Part shown: positions 15,111-24,491 of the stretch, one piece after another
Layout: each line of letters opens with the position of its first letter
How positions within the stretch are numbered: the stretch's first letter is position 1
Virus record (IMG/VR): IMGVR_UViG_3300043640_000065
Span: 1 to 41,897 of that record
Strand: one strand, 5' to 3'
Length of the DNA: 41,897 bases
Origin: a virus
Notes under the pieces: model-generated
What the model saw: the letters and a program-made list of their open reading frames with translations, nothing else
Database searches by the model: none
What the model was told of the DNA's origin: nothing
Program-made: the position numbers and the translations under genes

Positions 15111-15751
15111 GTGATTGTACCTTTTATGGTGTCTAGCTGAATTTTAAGAGCTGCTGCCGTAGCTGCATCAACTAACGGGCCGGTGAATGGAACGGCAGGA
15201 ACGGCAACGCCTACGGGATTAGCAATGAAACCTAGAATTTGTGAAACCACGTCAAGCAATTCGACAAGAGGATTGCCTATCGCAACTTTACTCGCTGTTT
15301 TAATTTGAATATCGCCATTTGGTTTAATGGTAATAGTACTTCCACCAAAACTAATTATATAATCAGTATTATTATTATTAGGATAGGTTTGAGTAAAGGG
15401 CATTAAACCGGGGATAGCGATAGCATCCGATAGGTCGAATTTTCTAGGATCAGTAGGCGTTACCTGTCCACCAACTGAAAGCCATAGATCAATTGATCTT
15501 TCAACGAAAATCAAAAGAACATAGTCGCCTTTATTTACCGGGAACACAATATTATTTGGGAACATTATAGGGACACTTTCAAGGATCGGCATAGGAACTT
15601 CACCGGAAGTAAAGTTCTTATTCAATGCCGGTTGAATGGTAGCCTTGTTATTTGTAGAATCGTATGAAACAACGATTCCGGGTAAGGAAGTATGAACGTT
15701 GCAAAGCATCGCATTGACTGAGTCGCGGAAAATATCAGTAGGGGAAGTCAT
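15107..15751 (-). CDS. Baseplate central spike / assembly protein V-like (Gp138 N-terminal-like)
   Basis: LPGIVVSYD..ATIQP..PILESVPIMFP..GDYVLLIFVERSIDLW..FDLSDAIAIPGL pattern. Confidence 0.6.
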   Translation of the reverse strand: MTSPTDIFRDSVNAMLCNVHTSLPGIVVSYDSTNNKATIQPALNKNFTSGEVPMPILESVPIMFPNNIVFPVNKGDYVLLIFVERSIDLWLSVGGQVTPTDPRKFDLSDAIAIPGLMPFTQTYPNNNNTDYIISFGGSTITIKPNGDIQIKTASKVAIGNPLVELLDVVSQILGFIANPVGVAVPAVPFTGPLVDAATAAALKIQLDTIKGTIT

Positions 15752-16629
15752 ACGGCGATCACCTCTAATAATGATTCAAATTGAGGGCCGAAGTTGTCTC
15801 CTTCATGCCTAATCGAAATGACATAGAAAACCCCGTCAATGTCAACTCTGTTCGAACGAAGCCTAATCCGATCACCGGGCAAAATATCCGGCCTTAAAAG
15901 TGTTCTGACTTTCCATCCCGGCTTAGGCGCACCGCCGTTCTTTGGCAATGCTCGATAAAGGAATTGTCTTCGATCTGTGTAACGCTGAGGAATTCCAATC
16001 ATGCCGGTATTAGCGTTTATCTCCACGGGAGGTTTTGCAGAACCAACCCCTTGTTTTAAAATCACAAGATTGTTGTTTTGAACGCTCCACACTAGATTAA
16101 GATATTTACAAGCTTTATCTAGTCCGTCTTTTGCTATGCCGGAAAATTGGTGACCTAACGCGTAAACTAGGTTATCCGTAGCTGAGAATTCAGAAATATT
16201 TAATCCTAAAACACCTGCATAGAATTCGATAACCTGTCGCGCCGGCGTATTTTCACCGAAAGAAGCCTTAGCTAAGATCAAATTTAAGCTCTTTTCTCCG
16301 TCTCCGCAGTCTAAAACCGTAATGACTTCCGGCTCTGCGAATACATGGCTAACAAGGGAAGTGTTCCCACGAAAGAGAACTTGAGCGCCGGTTTCTAAGC
16401 GATAGCCTGCATTCAAAGTCACTTGATCCCCGTAAGAATTCAAAAGGTTTCGCTTGCTTTCGCTGATATTGTAAATTCGAATGTTAGCCGTATTGGTAGA
16501 CCAAGATTCACTTTTAAAGACAGAGAAAGCAACGCGAAGATTCGAAACTTCCATGTCTCCACGATATTCAATCGATGGGGGAGGGGAGGCAAGTAAGATC
16601 TTTACGTTAATGACTCTGTCAAACTGCAT
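15748..16629 (-). CDS. Baseplate hub-like protein (assigned by position and size)
   Basis: 293 aa between the tape-measure-proximal genes and the spike. ATGA coupling. Confidence 0.45.
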   Translation of the reverse strand: MQFDRVINVKILLASPPPSIEYRGDMEVSNLRVAFSVFKSESWSTNTANIRIYNISESKRNLLNSYGDQVTLNAGYRLETGAQVLFRGNTSLVSHVFAEPEVITVLDCGDGEKSLNLILAKASFGENTPARQVIEFYAGVLGLNISEFSATDNLVYALGHQFSGIAKDGLDKACKYLNLVWSVQNNNLVILKQGVGSAKPPVEINANTGMIGIPQRYTDRRQFLYRALPKNGGAPKPGWKVRTLLRPDILPGDRIRLRSNRVDIDGVFYVISIRHEGDNFGPQFESLLEVIAV

Positions 16630-16975
16630 TAGCTGCCTCCACTTCTAAGGCGATCGCTTCTAATTCGCCTTCGGAGTAATAGACAAGTTCAAACTTTTGG
16701 GCCATGTCAAAACGACCTATGACATCGTTTCCACCGACAATATTTTGACAAACTATTTCGCCCGTCGGTTTACCCAAAACAGTAAAAGCAGCAAGCAAAG
16801 GATAGGAAGGAACAATTTTGATTCCATAGATTATCGGTATCTCATCACGGTTAAAAATATCCATGACCCAAAACTCATTAAGCGCATTCCAAGTAAATTC
16901 AAGAACGAAGATCACTCCGTCTAACTCAATTTGCTCTTTCCAGTTTGAAGGCTCTTTAAATGGTATGATCTGCAT
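16619..16975 (-). CDS. Tail/baseplate-associated hypothetical protein (118 aa)
   Basis: TAATG coupling and AGGAGC SD. Assigned by position only. Confidence 0.45.
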   Translation of the reverse strand: MQIIPFKEPSNWKEQIELDGVIFVLEFTWNALNEFWVMDIFNRDEIPIIYGIKIVPSYPLLAAFTVLGKPTGEIVCQNIVGGNDVIGRFDMAQKFELVYYSEGELEAIALEVEAANAV

Positions 16976-17616
16976 TATAAAGCTCCTAAGATGGCAGCTT
17001 GCGCCATAATTCTAGGTAATATGATTGCAGGAATCGGCACTAAATCTTGAATCCCTGAATCAATCCCGGTACTCGCTTGATCTTTCAATGTAGTTGCCGG
17101 GTCTGCCCCCATGAAAGGATATTTTGTAGTCTCTGCCACTTGATCCCGAGGTATAACGCTTGGAGGTCTGTTAAAAGGGCTATTCGTATTTAAATTTACC
17201 TGCACGGTAGTATCGATAAAAATCTTCTGAAGATCGATTACGAATGTTAAAGATTGGCCTGACTGTACGTTTCGAGGCACTTGCAAAGAAGTGATAACCA
17301 TATCGGTATATACTTTTATCCCGGTGACAACTGTAATCCTTTCCCTGCGGTTATGTATCTCTACAAGGGTATTGAAGGCATTTATAGACCTATTGAAAGG
17401 CGCTAAAAAAGATAAAGGGGTATCCGAAACAACGCCGGTAAGCTGTAAGGTGTCCGGCTCATTAATTATATGATCGGAAATGATCCGTCCGTCTTCGATA
17501 GGGTAGTTAGTGACCCTAGAATTATAGACGTGTTCTTCGGATAAGACAGCATCTAAAACCACGCTTGCAACGGCTGTACGGGCATATTTCTTTCCGAAAA
17601 GCAGTGATAAAACCAT
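16975..17616 (-). CDS. Tail/baseplate-associated hypothetical protein (213 aa)
   Basis: Immediately downstream of the tape measure, TAATG coupling. Assigned by position only. Confidence 0.45.
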   Translation of the reverse strand: MVLSLLFGKKYARTAVASVVLDAVLSEEHVYNSRVTNYPIEDGRIISDHIINEPDTLQLTGVVSDTPLSFLAPFNRSINAFNTLVEIHNRRERITVVTGIKVYTDMVITSLQVPRNVQSGQSLTFVIDLQKIFIDTTVQVNLNTNSPFNRPPSVIPRDQVAETTKYPFMGADPATTLKDQASTGIDSGIQDLVPIPAIILPRIMAQAAILGAL

Positions 17617-18743
17617 TACTCAACCACCGGATTATTATTTTGAATCTGATAAAATGTATTCATGATCGAGGAGTCAACCGCCTGTTGTACTTGGCTTGAA
17701 ATATATTCTGCTTGATCTTGAGTTGATCCGGGAGGTACTGAAATATCAATGTTGTTCGTTACGCTTGGCATTGATCCACCACCGGCAGGCGCTAAGAAAC
17801 CGTTGTACTGATACCCGGGCTTATTTTCAATATAGTCATTGATTCGGCTAAACGTGTTTTTATCTAAACCATTAAGAGCCGATTGACCTCCGAAGAAAGT
17901 ATTCTTAAAGAAGTCTGAAACATTGTTTAAGCCTGTTTTCTCAAAAATCGGATCTAGAAGTTTGCTAGCAGAATTTAAGTTTGACTTAACCCCTGAGAGG
18001 TTAAAGTCAAAAAGGTTTCTAGCTATGTTAGAAATAAGTGTGAGCTGTTCAACAAGGAATTGCAGAACCGGAAAAACGGTAGTGCTTATTGAGTAGGTGA
18101 ATTTAGTCCAAGCTTGAGTCAGATTATTGACAGACTCTTCGAATGCTTTTGCTTGTGGCAAAACATCCGGTTGCTTCTCAAGTTGTTCGTAGGCTTCTTT
18201 TACCGCATCTTTAAAGTCATCATACTTCAAGGAAAGATCGGAAATCTTCGCCCCTAGTTGCTCACCAAATAAAGCGGTTGAAATCCTGATCCTTTCTTGC
18301 TCATTTTCAATGCCTCGAATTGCTTCAATGTATTTATCAAACAATTCTTTAGGCCCTGTGTCACGGCTTATCTCAATCCCTAGTTGCCTTGCAATTTCGG
18401 GGAGTCGACCGAATCCTTGAGCAAATTCATTAAGATCTTTTTGAATGACAGCGAAAGCGCCGGCTAATTGCTCAGGTCTTATCCGGAACTTTTGGGCGAC
18501 CTCTTGCATGGCTCTTAATTCATTAAGGGAAATGCCGAGAGATCGCGCAAGCTCATCTGAATCGAGTAAAGCGCCTGCAATGTCACCGAAGAAATCTTTT
18601 ATCACCTTGAAGGCATAGGAAGCAGCCGTAGCAGCAATAGCAAAACGGGTTTTAAAGCCGGTGATTGCTCGATTGGTTTCATTGATAGCTTTCTTATCAG
18701 TTTGAAACCCTAATCTAATTAGCAGTTCTCTTACGATTGCCAT
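17616..18743 (-). CDS. Tape measure protein (short, 375 aa)
   Basis: Helical and Ala/Leu/Gln-rich. Follows the frameshifted chaperone pair. Confidence 0.65.
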   Translation of the reverse strand: MAIVRELLIRLGFQTDKKAINETNRAITGFKTRFAIAATAASYAFKVIKDFFGDIAGALLDSDELARSLGISLNELRAMQEVAQKFRIRPEQLAGAFAVIQKDLNEFAQGFGRLPEIARQLGIEISRDTGPKELFDKYIEAIRGIENEQERIRISTALFGEQLGAKISDLSLKYDDFKDAVKEAYEQLEKQPDVLPQAKAFEESVNNLTQAWTKFTYSISTTVFPVLQFLVEQLTLISNIARNLFDFNLSGVKSNLNSASKLLDPIFEKTGLNNVSDFFKNTFFGGQSALNGLDKNTFSRINDYIENKPGYQYNGFLAPAGGGSMPSVTNNIDISVPPGSTQDQAEYISSQVQQAVDSSIMNTFYQIQNNNPVVE

Positions 18744-18920
18744 TTTCTTGATTTTTCCTATGTTCGTTGGCGATATCAGAATCTAGCTCTAACACCGCAA
18801 ATGCTTTCATCACATCATTTATCGACCACCAGCTTTCTAGATCCCGGAGAGTCACGATCTTCTTTACTACTAATGACCATACGATCGCTTCGTCTGCAAA
18901 TTCCGGATCTAGATTTTTTT
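18715..18920 (-). other. -1 frame extension of the tail assembly chaperone (candidate programmed frameshift at an A7 run)
   Basis: An A7 run (18914..18920) directly precedes the stop. The -1 frame stays open for 66 codons (NLDPEFADEAIVWSL...) and ends at 18715..18717, inside the tape measure start. Confidence 0.6.
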
Positions 18921-19340
18921 CAAGTCGGGCGATAATGGGGTCTCTTTCTCCGCTGCCTTCTTTAGCTCCGCGATAATACCGCCGTCCTGAAAAAAATCTG
19001 CAAAGTTTACCTCCAAGACGAATTGAAGAACTCGATAAAGTTCGTTCAAATTGCCGGCAAATTCTAGGTCGATTTTACCCTTGGTCAATTCAGCGCCATC
19101 TTTTCGGACACCTTGCATTAGGTCTAGGACAAGCTTTTCGAAAGTATTTTCATCAAGCTTGTCAGTCAAAAGAGAGATAGCCATCGGGATAGAGCTATCT
19201 TCACCGCTTGCGATCATGGCAGCAAAGCTAGGGCCGACCAATCGCAAAAGGCGCGATTGAATCTTTAAAGCCCTGATTGCCGGCATCTGCGTTACGGAAT
19301 AAACGGCATCGCCAATTTCTTTTTCTTTAGTTTCGATCAT
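18909..19340 (-). CDS. Tail assembly chaperone (G-like, 143 aa)
   Basis: Lies between the tube and tape measure genes. TAATG coupling to the tube gene. Confidence 0.65.
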   Translation of the reverse strand: MIETKEKEIGDAVYSVTQMPAIRALKIQSRLLRLVGPSFAAMIASGEDSSIPMAISLLTDKLDENTFEKLVLDLMQGVRKDGAELTKGKIDLEFAGNLNELYRVLQFVLEVNFADFFQDGGIIAELKKAAEKETPLSPDLKKI

Positions 19341-19774
19341 TAGGGATTCTCTCCGTTACCGCCGATAAAGACGTCCATTTCTGCTAAGTCAAATGCCCAT
19401 GCTCTATTATTGATCGCATTGCCGAAAGCTGAATCCGGAAATTGCTGAATCCATCCAGTCGCTGAGAAAATGATCGTCGTTCCGCTTAAGTCTTTAATCA
19501 GAATTGGAACCACTCCGGCGTTAGCTACGCGGTCGGCATTTAACAAAGCTGAAAGGACATCATTAGAAGGGGACGACTGAGAGAGTGTTAAAGTCATAAC
19601 ACCCCCATAGTTGTTAGTCTTTACACGGGTAGCGTAGCCATCGGCTCCGATTACCTTTGTAAATTGCTGCGTGTCTGCGGTAATTTCAAGGAAAGTACCG
19701 TCAGCGAAGCCACTCATCGGGACTCCGCCTATAGCGATAATAACGCTTTTTGGATCAAATGTGCGTACGGCCAT
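19340..19774 (-). CDS. Tail tube protein
   Basis: 144 aa directly after the sheath. FDPKSVIIAIGGVPMSGFADGTF..TLTLSQSSPSNDVLSAL resembles tube proteins that accompany this sheath type. Confidence 0.65.
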   Translation of the reverse strand: MAVRTFDPKSVIIAIGGVPMSGFADGTFLEITADTQQFTKVIGADGYATRVKTNNYGGVMTLTLSQSSPSNDVLSALLNADRVANAGVVPILIKDLSGTTIIFSATGWIQQFPDSAFGNAINNRAWAFDLAEMDVFIGGNGENP

Positions 19775-19794
19775 TTTAAATGCTCCTTAAATTT

Positions 19795-21975
19795 TTAAAC
19801 TGATACTGTTCCTCTGATAACCACGGCATGAATCGCGCCCGAAAGCGTCGCATTAAACTTAACGTTTCGCAAGATTCTGTTTGCCTTATCAGCCGGCGGA
19901 ACATCAGCAGCTTTTGGAACTGTAGTACGAGGAGCAGGATCGGACGCAAGGAAATCATTTGACACCCCTAGGCTTAACGCTCTCTTTACCTCTGATTCAA
20001 TTACCGCAATACCTGCGTCGGTATATGGTACTTTCGGATTATTCACTAAGACAGAGAATACAAATTCTTGAATCCTAGAAGTCAACCAGTCAACACCTCG
20101 GATAACATCTATGTATTCGCCTTGTGCAACTGTGCCGTTTGCTGTAATTCCAACGCCTCCGACAAACTCATAAGTATTTGCTTTCTTAGCGAGAGCTGTA
20201 TTGCTTTGAGTCGTTGTAAGATTGCTGTATGAAATTCCGGCAAGCGTCTTGAATTTCCAAGTCTCTGAACCCGGCTCCAATGGAAGCACTCGACCGAACC
20301 ATGCAGCCTCTGGATAATCGAAGTCAGCGTCTTGGTGATACATCACGAATGTTCGAACGTAGCCAAGCTGATTAAAGAAGGCTGCGATCGACGCGGTATC
20401 TGTACCGGCAGGAACATTTATAATATTTGGATCACTTGAAGCAGTTCCAAATAATTTAATTCTTGCCTCTGTCCATGCTGCAATAGATTTTACAGTCGCT
20501 ACGTCTCTTGAAGTCGCAATCAGCGCATACCAAGTATTGTTAGCGTTGTTAATCGCTGTCAAGTCGTCTGCAACTGGATTCACTGCAACTAATGGTAAGA
20601 CAGTCAATCCTTTTTCAATGCTTACAACGTCCGGTTGAACACTCAAAGAGAAAGGAATTGTCAGATCATTTGCTATTAAGGTGATCGATCCATCTCCTTC
20701 ATTCGTAGCCGTAACCGGTACAAGCTGAGGAACTGCGTTAATTTCATCTGTTAAGGCTGTGGCTACTTCAAGGCCATTTTGAACCGTTACGAGGGTTGTA
20801 TAATCGTAATTGATTCCGTTGATAGTGATTCGATAAAGCTGATTCGGCTCTACCTGTGTAATCCTGACTTTAGCTTGATTCGGATTGATAATCGTTGAAG
20901 AAGTCTTAAGAGTCCAAGCCACGCCCGGGGTTTTATTAGTCAGGGTGAAAGTTCCGTCCATGTTGTCAGTTGCTGTAACCGGCAAGCCTGGCTGAGGGGG
21001 AGTGTCATTCACACTAGCTACTATATCGGCAGCGATAGAGGCAGCGGTAACGGCTTGCAATGGATTTGTAATCGTTGCAGTCGCTTGAGTTAAACCACCT
21101 GAAACGATATAGCTATTGACTACCGCCGTAGTATTATCCGGGCCTTCTACTGTAAGAGTTCTAAAACTTCCACCTGAAACCACTGCGCTATAAGTCGGGT
21201 GCGCTGCGATAATTGCGTTGGCAATATTTGTCATCGTCGTTTGAGTGTCAACGGAGAAGGCAAAGCCACCTTGTGCAATTGCTGCATCAGGTTGAGAAGC
21301 TCCACTGTTGGTTAAGATCGAATTCAAAACGTTGTTGCCGGCATTAAAGACGATCGTAATTTGTCTTGCTCCTGTAACAGTAGCGGAGCCGACGGCTGCG
21401 TTTCCTGAAATTGCAGTTGCAAGGTTAGCGATCGTTGTTGCTTGGTTTGTCGTAAAAGGAACCGACGCCATATTAGCGTTATTGATTCTAGGGACGATAT
21501 TATTTCCGGTAACGAAGTCAGAATCAAAGTCTACTATTGCTGTATTTACTCCGACTTGGTTTCCGTCAACTGTTACTAAAACTCTATTTCCTGTAACTAA
21601 GTTAGCATTAAGGTTAACAATGCTATATGTAGTCGTCGAGCTAGAGCTTGTAGTTATAATGTCGCCGTTAATATCTAAAATGTAATCTTCGCCAGTCATT
21701 GCCGTTTGAACGTCGATTGTGACGTTGTCGACTTGACGACGGCCGATCGCAATTTGAGGAGGTGAAATTTGCTGAGAAAAAATGTCTTGTGCTGCAATAT
21801 ATTCCGGGTCGGAAGGGGAGAAGTCTTCGGCGACTTCATCCATATCGCTATAAAATCGGATTAGATCCGCGAATCTAATGTTTGAGCCGAGGATCATCGG
21901 AATTCCGAAGCCGGCTTCTGTTACTGTCTGCGTCTGTCTAGTTATGACTACGTCGACGATATCACTTAAAGGCAT
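19795..21975 (-). CDS. Tail sheath protein with a roughly 365-aa insertion of repeated display modules
   Basis: N-terminus MPLSDIVDVVITRQT.. and C-terminal about 275 aa are sheath-like. Position upstream of the tube. GGAGGA SD. Confidence 0.7.
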   Translation of the reverse strand: MPLSDIVDVVITRQTQTVTEAGFGIPMILGSNIRFADLIRFYSDMDEVAEDFSPSDPEYIAAQDIFSQQISPPQIAIGRRQVDNVTIDVQTAMTGEDYILDINGDIITTSSSSTTTYSIVNLNANLVTGNRVLVTVDGNQVGVNTAIVDFDSDFVTGNNIVPRINNANMASVPFTTNQATTIANLATAISGNAAVGSATVTGARQITIVFNAGNNVLNSILTNSGASQPDAAIAQGGFAFSVDTQTTMTNIANAIIAAHPTYSAVVSGGSFRTLTVEGPDNTTAVVNSYIVSGGLTQATATITNPLQAVTAASIAADIVASVNDTPPQPGLPVTATDNMDGTFTLTNKTPGVAWTLKTSSTIINPNQAKVRITQVEPNQLYRITINGINYDYTTLVTVQNGLEVATALTDEINAVPQLVPVTATNEGDGSITLIANDLTIPFSLSVQPDVVSIEKGLTVLPLVAVNPVADDLTAINNANNTWYALIATSRDVATVKSIAAWTEARIKLFGTASSDPNIINVPAGTDTASIAAFFNQLGYVRTFVMYHQDADFDYPEAAWFGRVLPLEPGSETWKFKTLAGISYSNLTTTQSNTALAKKANTYEFVGGVGITANGTVAQGEYIDVIRGVDWLTSRIQEFVFSVLVNNPKVPYTDAGIAVIESEVKRALSLGVSNDFLASDPAPRTTVPKAADVPPADKANRILRNVKFNATLSGAIHAVVIRGTVSV

Positions 21976-21984
21976 ATTTCCTCC

Positions 21985-22524
21985 TTACGGACTTGTTATT
22001 GTAATCGTCTCATCATAGACGACGTCACCAATTTGATTTTCTATAATTTCTTCTATCTCTATTTCATCGAAGTAGCCCGGCGTATCGGTATAGATTTGAG
22101 CTATTCCAAATAAAATATCAAGCTGCGCTCTACGCTCAAACTGGGAGTCGACTAAATCCGTGATATCCCCGATATTCAGCGATTGATAAAAGGCAATTCC
22201 ATTAGCTCGGAGAGTATCTAAAACGGTTTGTTTTTGCAATGACGTTCTAATATTTTCTAGTACTGTAAGCGGATCGTTTCCGTAGCCTTGGACTTGCAAA
22301 GTAAACTGCCGATCGCCCTTCATATCGACCGTTCCCATTGAGTCAGCTTCTGCCTCTGTCCAATCTTGCCCAACGGACACAACGGAGTTAAGATAAAGCG
22401 TCACATAAGGGACGGTAGGTCTGGGAGCGTTCGGCTCGTAAAATATTACCGGCATCCCCGAAGGGACGACGGTAACAGCCCAAGCGTATAGGCTGTTTTT
22501 AACTAAAGCAAAATTAATTGCCAT
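21985..22524 (-). CDS. Neck / tail terminator-like protein
   Basis: ATG 22524 has an AAGGAAG SD (the track start at 22551 has none). Position just before the sheath. Confidence 0.45.
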   Translation of the reverse strand: MAINFALVKNSLYAWAVTVVPSGMPVIFYEPNAPRPTVPYVTLYLNSVVSVGQDWTEAEADSMGTVDMKGDRQFTLQVQGYGNDPLTVLENIRTSLQKQTVLDTLRANGIAFYQSLNIGDITDLVDSQFERRAQLDILFGIAQIYTDTPGYFDEIEIEEIIENQIGDVVYDETITITSP

Positions 22525-22834
22525 TGCTTCCTTGCGGTTGGGTTGGATCAACTGGAAGGCTAGGATCTACCGGAGTAGTCGGATCGGTTGGATTCGTCGG
22601 GTTAGACGGATCTACCGGATCTTCTCCTAAAGCTGCTTCTAGTTTCTTTTTCAATTTAGCTTTAACGCGATCAACACGCAATTTAAGTTCTGCTTCTGTA
22701 AGCTCAAATTCTACGGCCAAAGGTTTCACTATATAATCTATAGCTTCATCCATTGCCTCCATATAGGCTACAACTGTTAAGTCGTCAGCACCTTCACGAA
22801 AGATCTTCATGAATTCTTGATATAATTTATTCAT
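22514..22834 (-). CDS. Hypothetical head-tail module protein with Pro-rich C-terminus
   Basis: ATGA coupling. C-terminal DPVDPSNPTNPTDPTTPVDPSLPVDP tract. Confidence 0.5.
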   Translation of the reverse strand: MNKLYQEFMKIFREGADDLTVVAYMEAMDEAIDYIVKPLAVEFELTEAELKLRVDRVKAKLKKKLEAALGEDPVDPSNPTNPTDPTTPVDPSLPVDPTQPQGSNGN

Positions 22835-23196
22835 GGTATTGCCTCCAAAGCTTGAGCAAAAAATTTAAAGTGATTGACTATCCCGAATACGGGAGGGTTG
22901 TTTTGCCAAGGCTCGACCCTGACAACTTCGAAACGTTCTCCGAAGATCTGCACTTGATCCGGGTTTGTACCCGTTGAAATCAAATTAATTTTTGTTGAAG
23001 TAAAGAGGGAATATGTCTTACGGTTTCTTCTACCTTCCGGGAGCGATAGCATCTCTTCACCTGTGGTCGGCTGTATACTCGCCGTGATGACAATTAAAGT
23101 TTCTCCGCCTTCAACCCAAATGCCGTTAACATACGTTCCGGCTGCCTTCCTGTAAAGGTTGACTGGGATTCTGAATATTTCAAACGGTGAAACCAT
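22831..23196 (-). CDS. Head-tail joining protein (by position)
   Basis: 121 aa in the neck module. Confidence 0.4.
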   Translation of the reverse strand: MVSPFEIFRIPVNLYRKAAGTYVNGIWVEGGETLIVITASIQPTTGEEMLSLPEGRRNRKTYSLFTSTKINLISTGTNPDQVQIFGERFEVVRVEPWQNNPPVFGIVNHFKFFAQALEAIP

Positions 23197-23204
23197 TTCA
23201 TCTC

Positions 23205-23696
23205 TTATTTTTTAGTTCTTATCGCATAAGTCACCGACTTAACCATCTGGCCGAAGTCTATAAGGGGCTTGCTTGATCCTTTCATTGCAATTGTTCGAGG
23301 GGAGTTAGGCGGAAAAATAATCGCTCTTATCTTCGTTTGGATAAGTCCGGTTATGATCTGTCCGATTACATTTAACCCTTGAGTCAAAGCAATATCACCA
23401 TCAATAATTTTGCCGTATTGGTCGGCAGTGGCATTTTCAATCAGGTCTAGGTTTTCATCAAATGCCGTGCGCATAAACGACCGCTCGGGAATGTTCCCGT
23501 CTCCGAATTCGTTCTTTGCTGCGTATTCGGCAACGCTCTGCCCGGCCTTTTGAGTTCTTCCATTCTTGCTTTGAGAAGTCGTTTTAGCTTGCTCTTGGAT
23601 TCCAACTAGCAGGCTTGCTTTTTCAAGCTTGACTATCTCTTCAATAATGGCGTCATAGCCTAAATCAATATCCGTAACCACAACATTGCGGGCCAT
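23205..23696 (-). CDS. Head-tail joining / virion morphogenesis protein (by position)
   Basis: 163 aa, GAGGTGG SD, neck module. Confidence 0.4.
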   Translation of the reverse strand: MARNVVVTDIDLGYDAIIEEIVKLEKASLLVGIQEQAKTTSQSKNGRTQKAGQSVAEYAAKNEFGDGNIPERSFMRTAFDENLDLIENATADQYGKIIDGDIALTQGLNVIGQIITGLIQTKIRAIIFPPNSPRTIAMKGSSKPLIDFGQMVKSVTYAIRTKK

Positions 23697-24078
23697 ACCA
23701 CCTCGGGCCTACGTTTGTAACAAAAGCACCGACTCTAAATTTAGACAGAATATTTAAGTATTGCTGTCCGTAAGGAGTCGAAGCAAAAGCGTTAGCGTTA
23801 ATCGTTGCCGATAATCCTATTGACAATTGGCCTTCTGAAATATTAGTGCCAATGCCTAAATAAGGGTTAAGCTGCATAGTTAGATAATGTGCTAGCAAAT
23901 TGGCAAAGGCTAGAGCTGCGCAACACCCTAAGAGTTGACAATTTATCATACATCTTAGGGCGTCGATCAACGTTTCGTAGCCAGCCAATTTATCCGGATC
24001 AGTAGTCGCGAATTGTGGCGCGATCACGAATAATAGCGCCAGTATCTCCGCATTTGTTACACTTCCGCAACTAGCCAT
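23665..24078 (-). CDS. Head-tail adaptor-like protein
   Basis: 137 aa after the capsid-proximal genes. ..ILALLFVIAPQFATTDPDKL..LLAHYLTM.. pattern seen in adaptor proteins. Confidence 0.45.
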   Translation of the reverse strand: MASCGSVTNAEILALLFVIAPQFATTDPDKLAGYETLIDALRCMINCQLLGCCAALAFANLLAHYLTMQLNPYLGIGTNISEGQLSIGLSATINANAFASTPYGQQYLNILSKFRVGAFVTNVGPRWYGPQCCGYGY

Positions 24079-24085
24079 AATCTAC

Positions 24086-24490
24086 CTACGATTTTAGAGC
24101 TTTTAGCTTCTTCTTAGCTTCTTCCACTACTTTAGCCCGTCCGTCATTATCAATCAGATCTTGAAGATAAGCTTCATCATCTGATTTATCGATAAGCTTT
24201 AGGGTAGCTTTTACACTAAGACGGTCGACATGCTCTTCATCCTTTTCGTCGGCGTCGTCAGGGTGTGAGTCTGACGGCTCCGAAGGGGAGACAGGCTTTT
24301 CTTTAACAGGCTTTTCTAGTGGAAAACCTGCCGGTACTTCCAAAATCTTTTGATCAACTCGCATCTTAAAAGTCTTCGAGTTTTTCATAAGCTTATAGAA
24401 GTCTTCGTCCTTCATTTCATTGAAGCCGGCTTTGAGAGCATAGCCACCAACGAATAAAGTATTCTGACCTTTATATCTAAGCTGTACCAT
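24086..24490 (-). CDS. Hypothetical head-module protein with acidic Pro-rich centre
   Basis: GGAGAAGG SD. Directly follows the major capsid gene. Confidence 0.5.
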   Translation of the reverse strand: MVQLRYKGQNTLFVGGYALKAGFNEMKDEDFYKLMKNSKTFKMRVDQKILEVPAGFPLEKPVKEKPVSPSEPSDSHPDDADEKDEEHVDRLSVKATLKLIDKSDDEAYLQDLIDNDGRAKVVEEAKKKLKALKS

Positions 24491-24491
24491 A

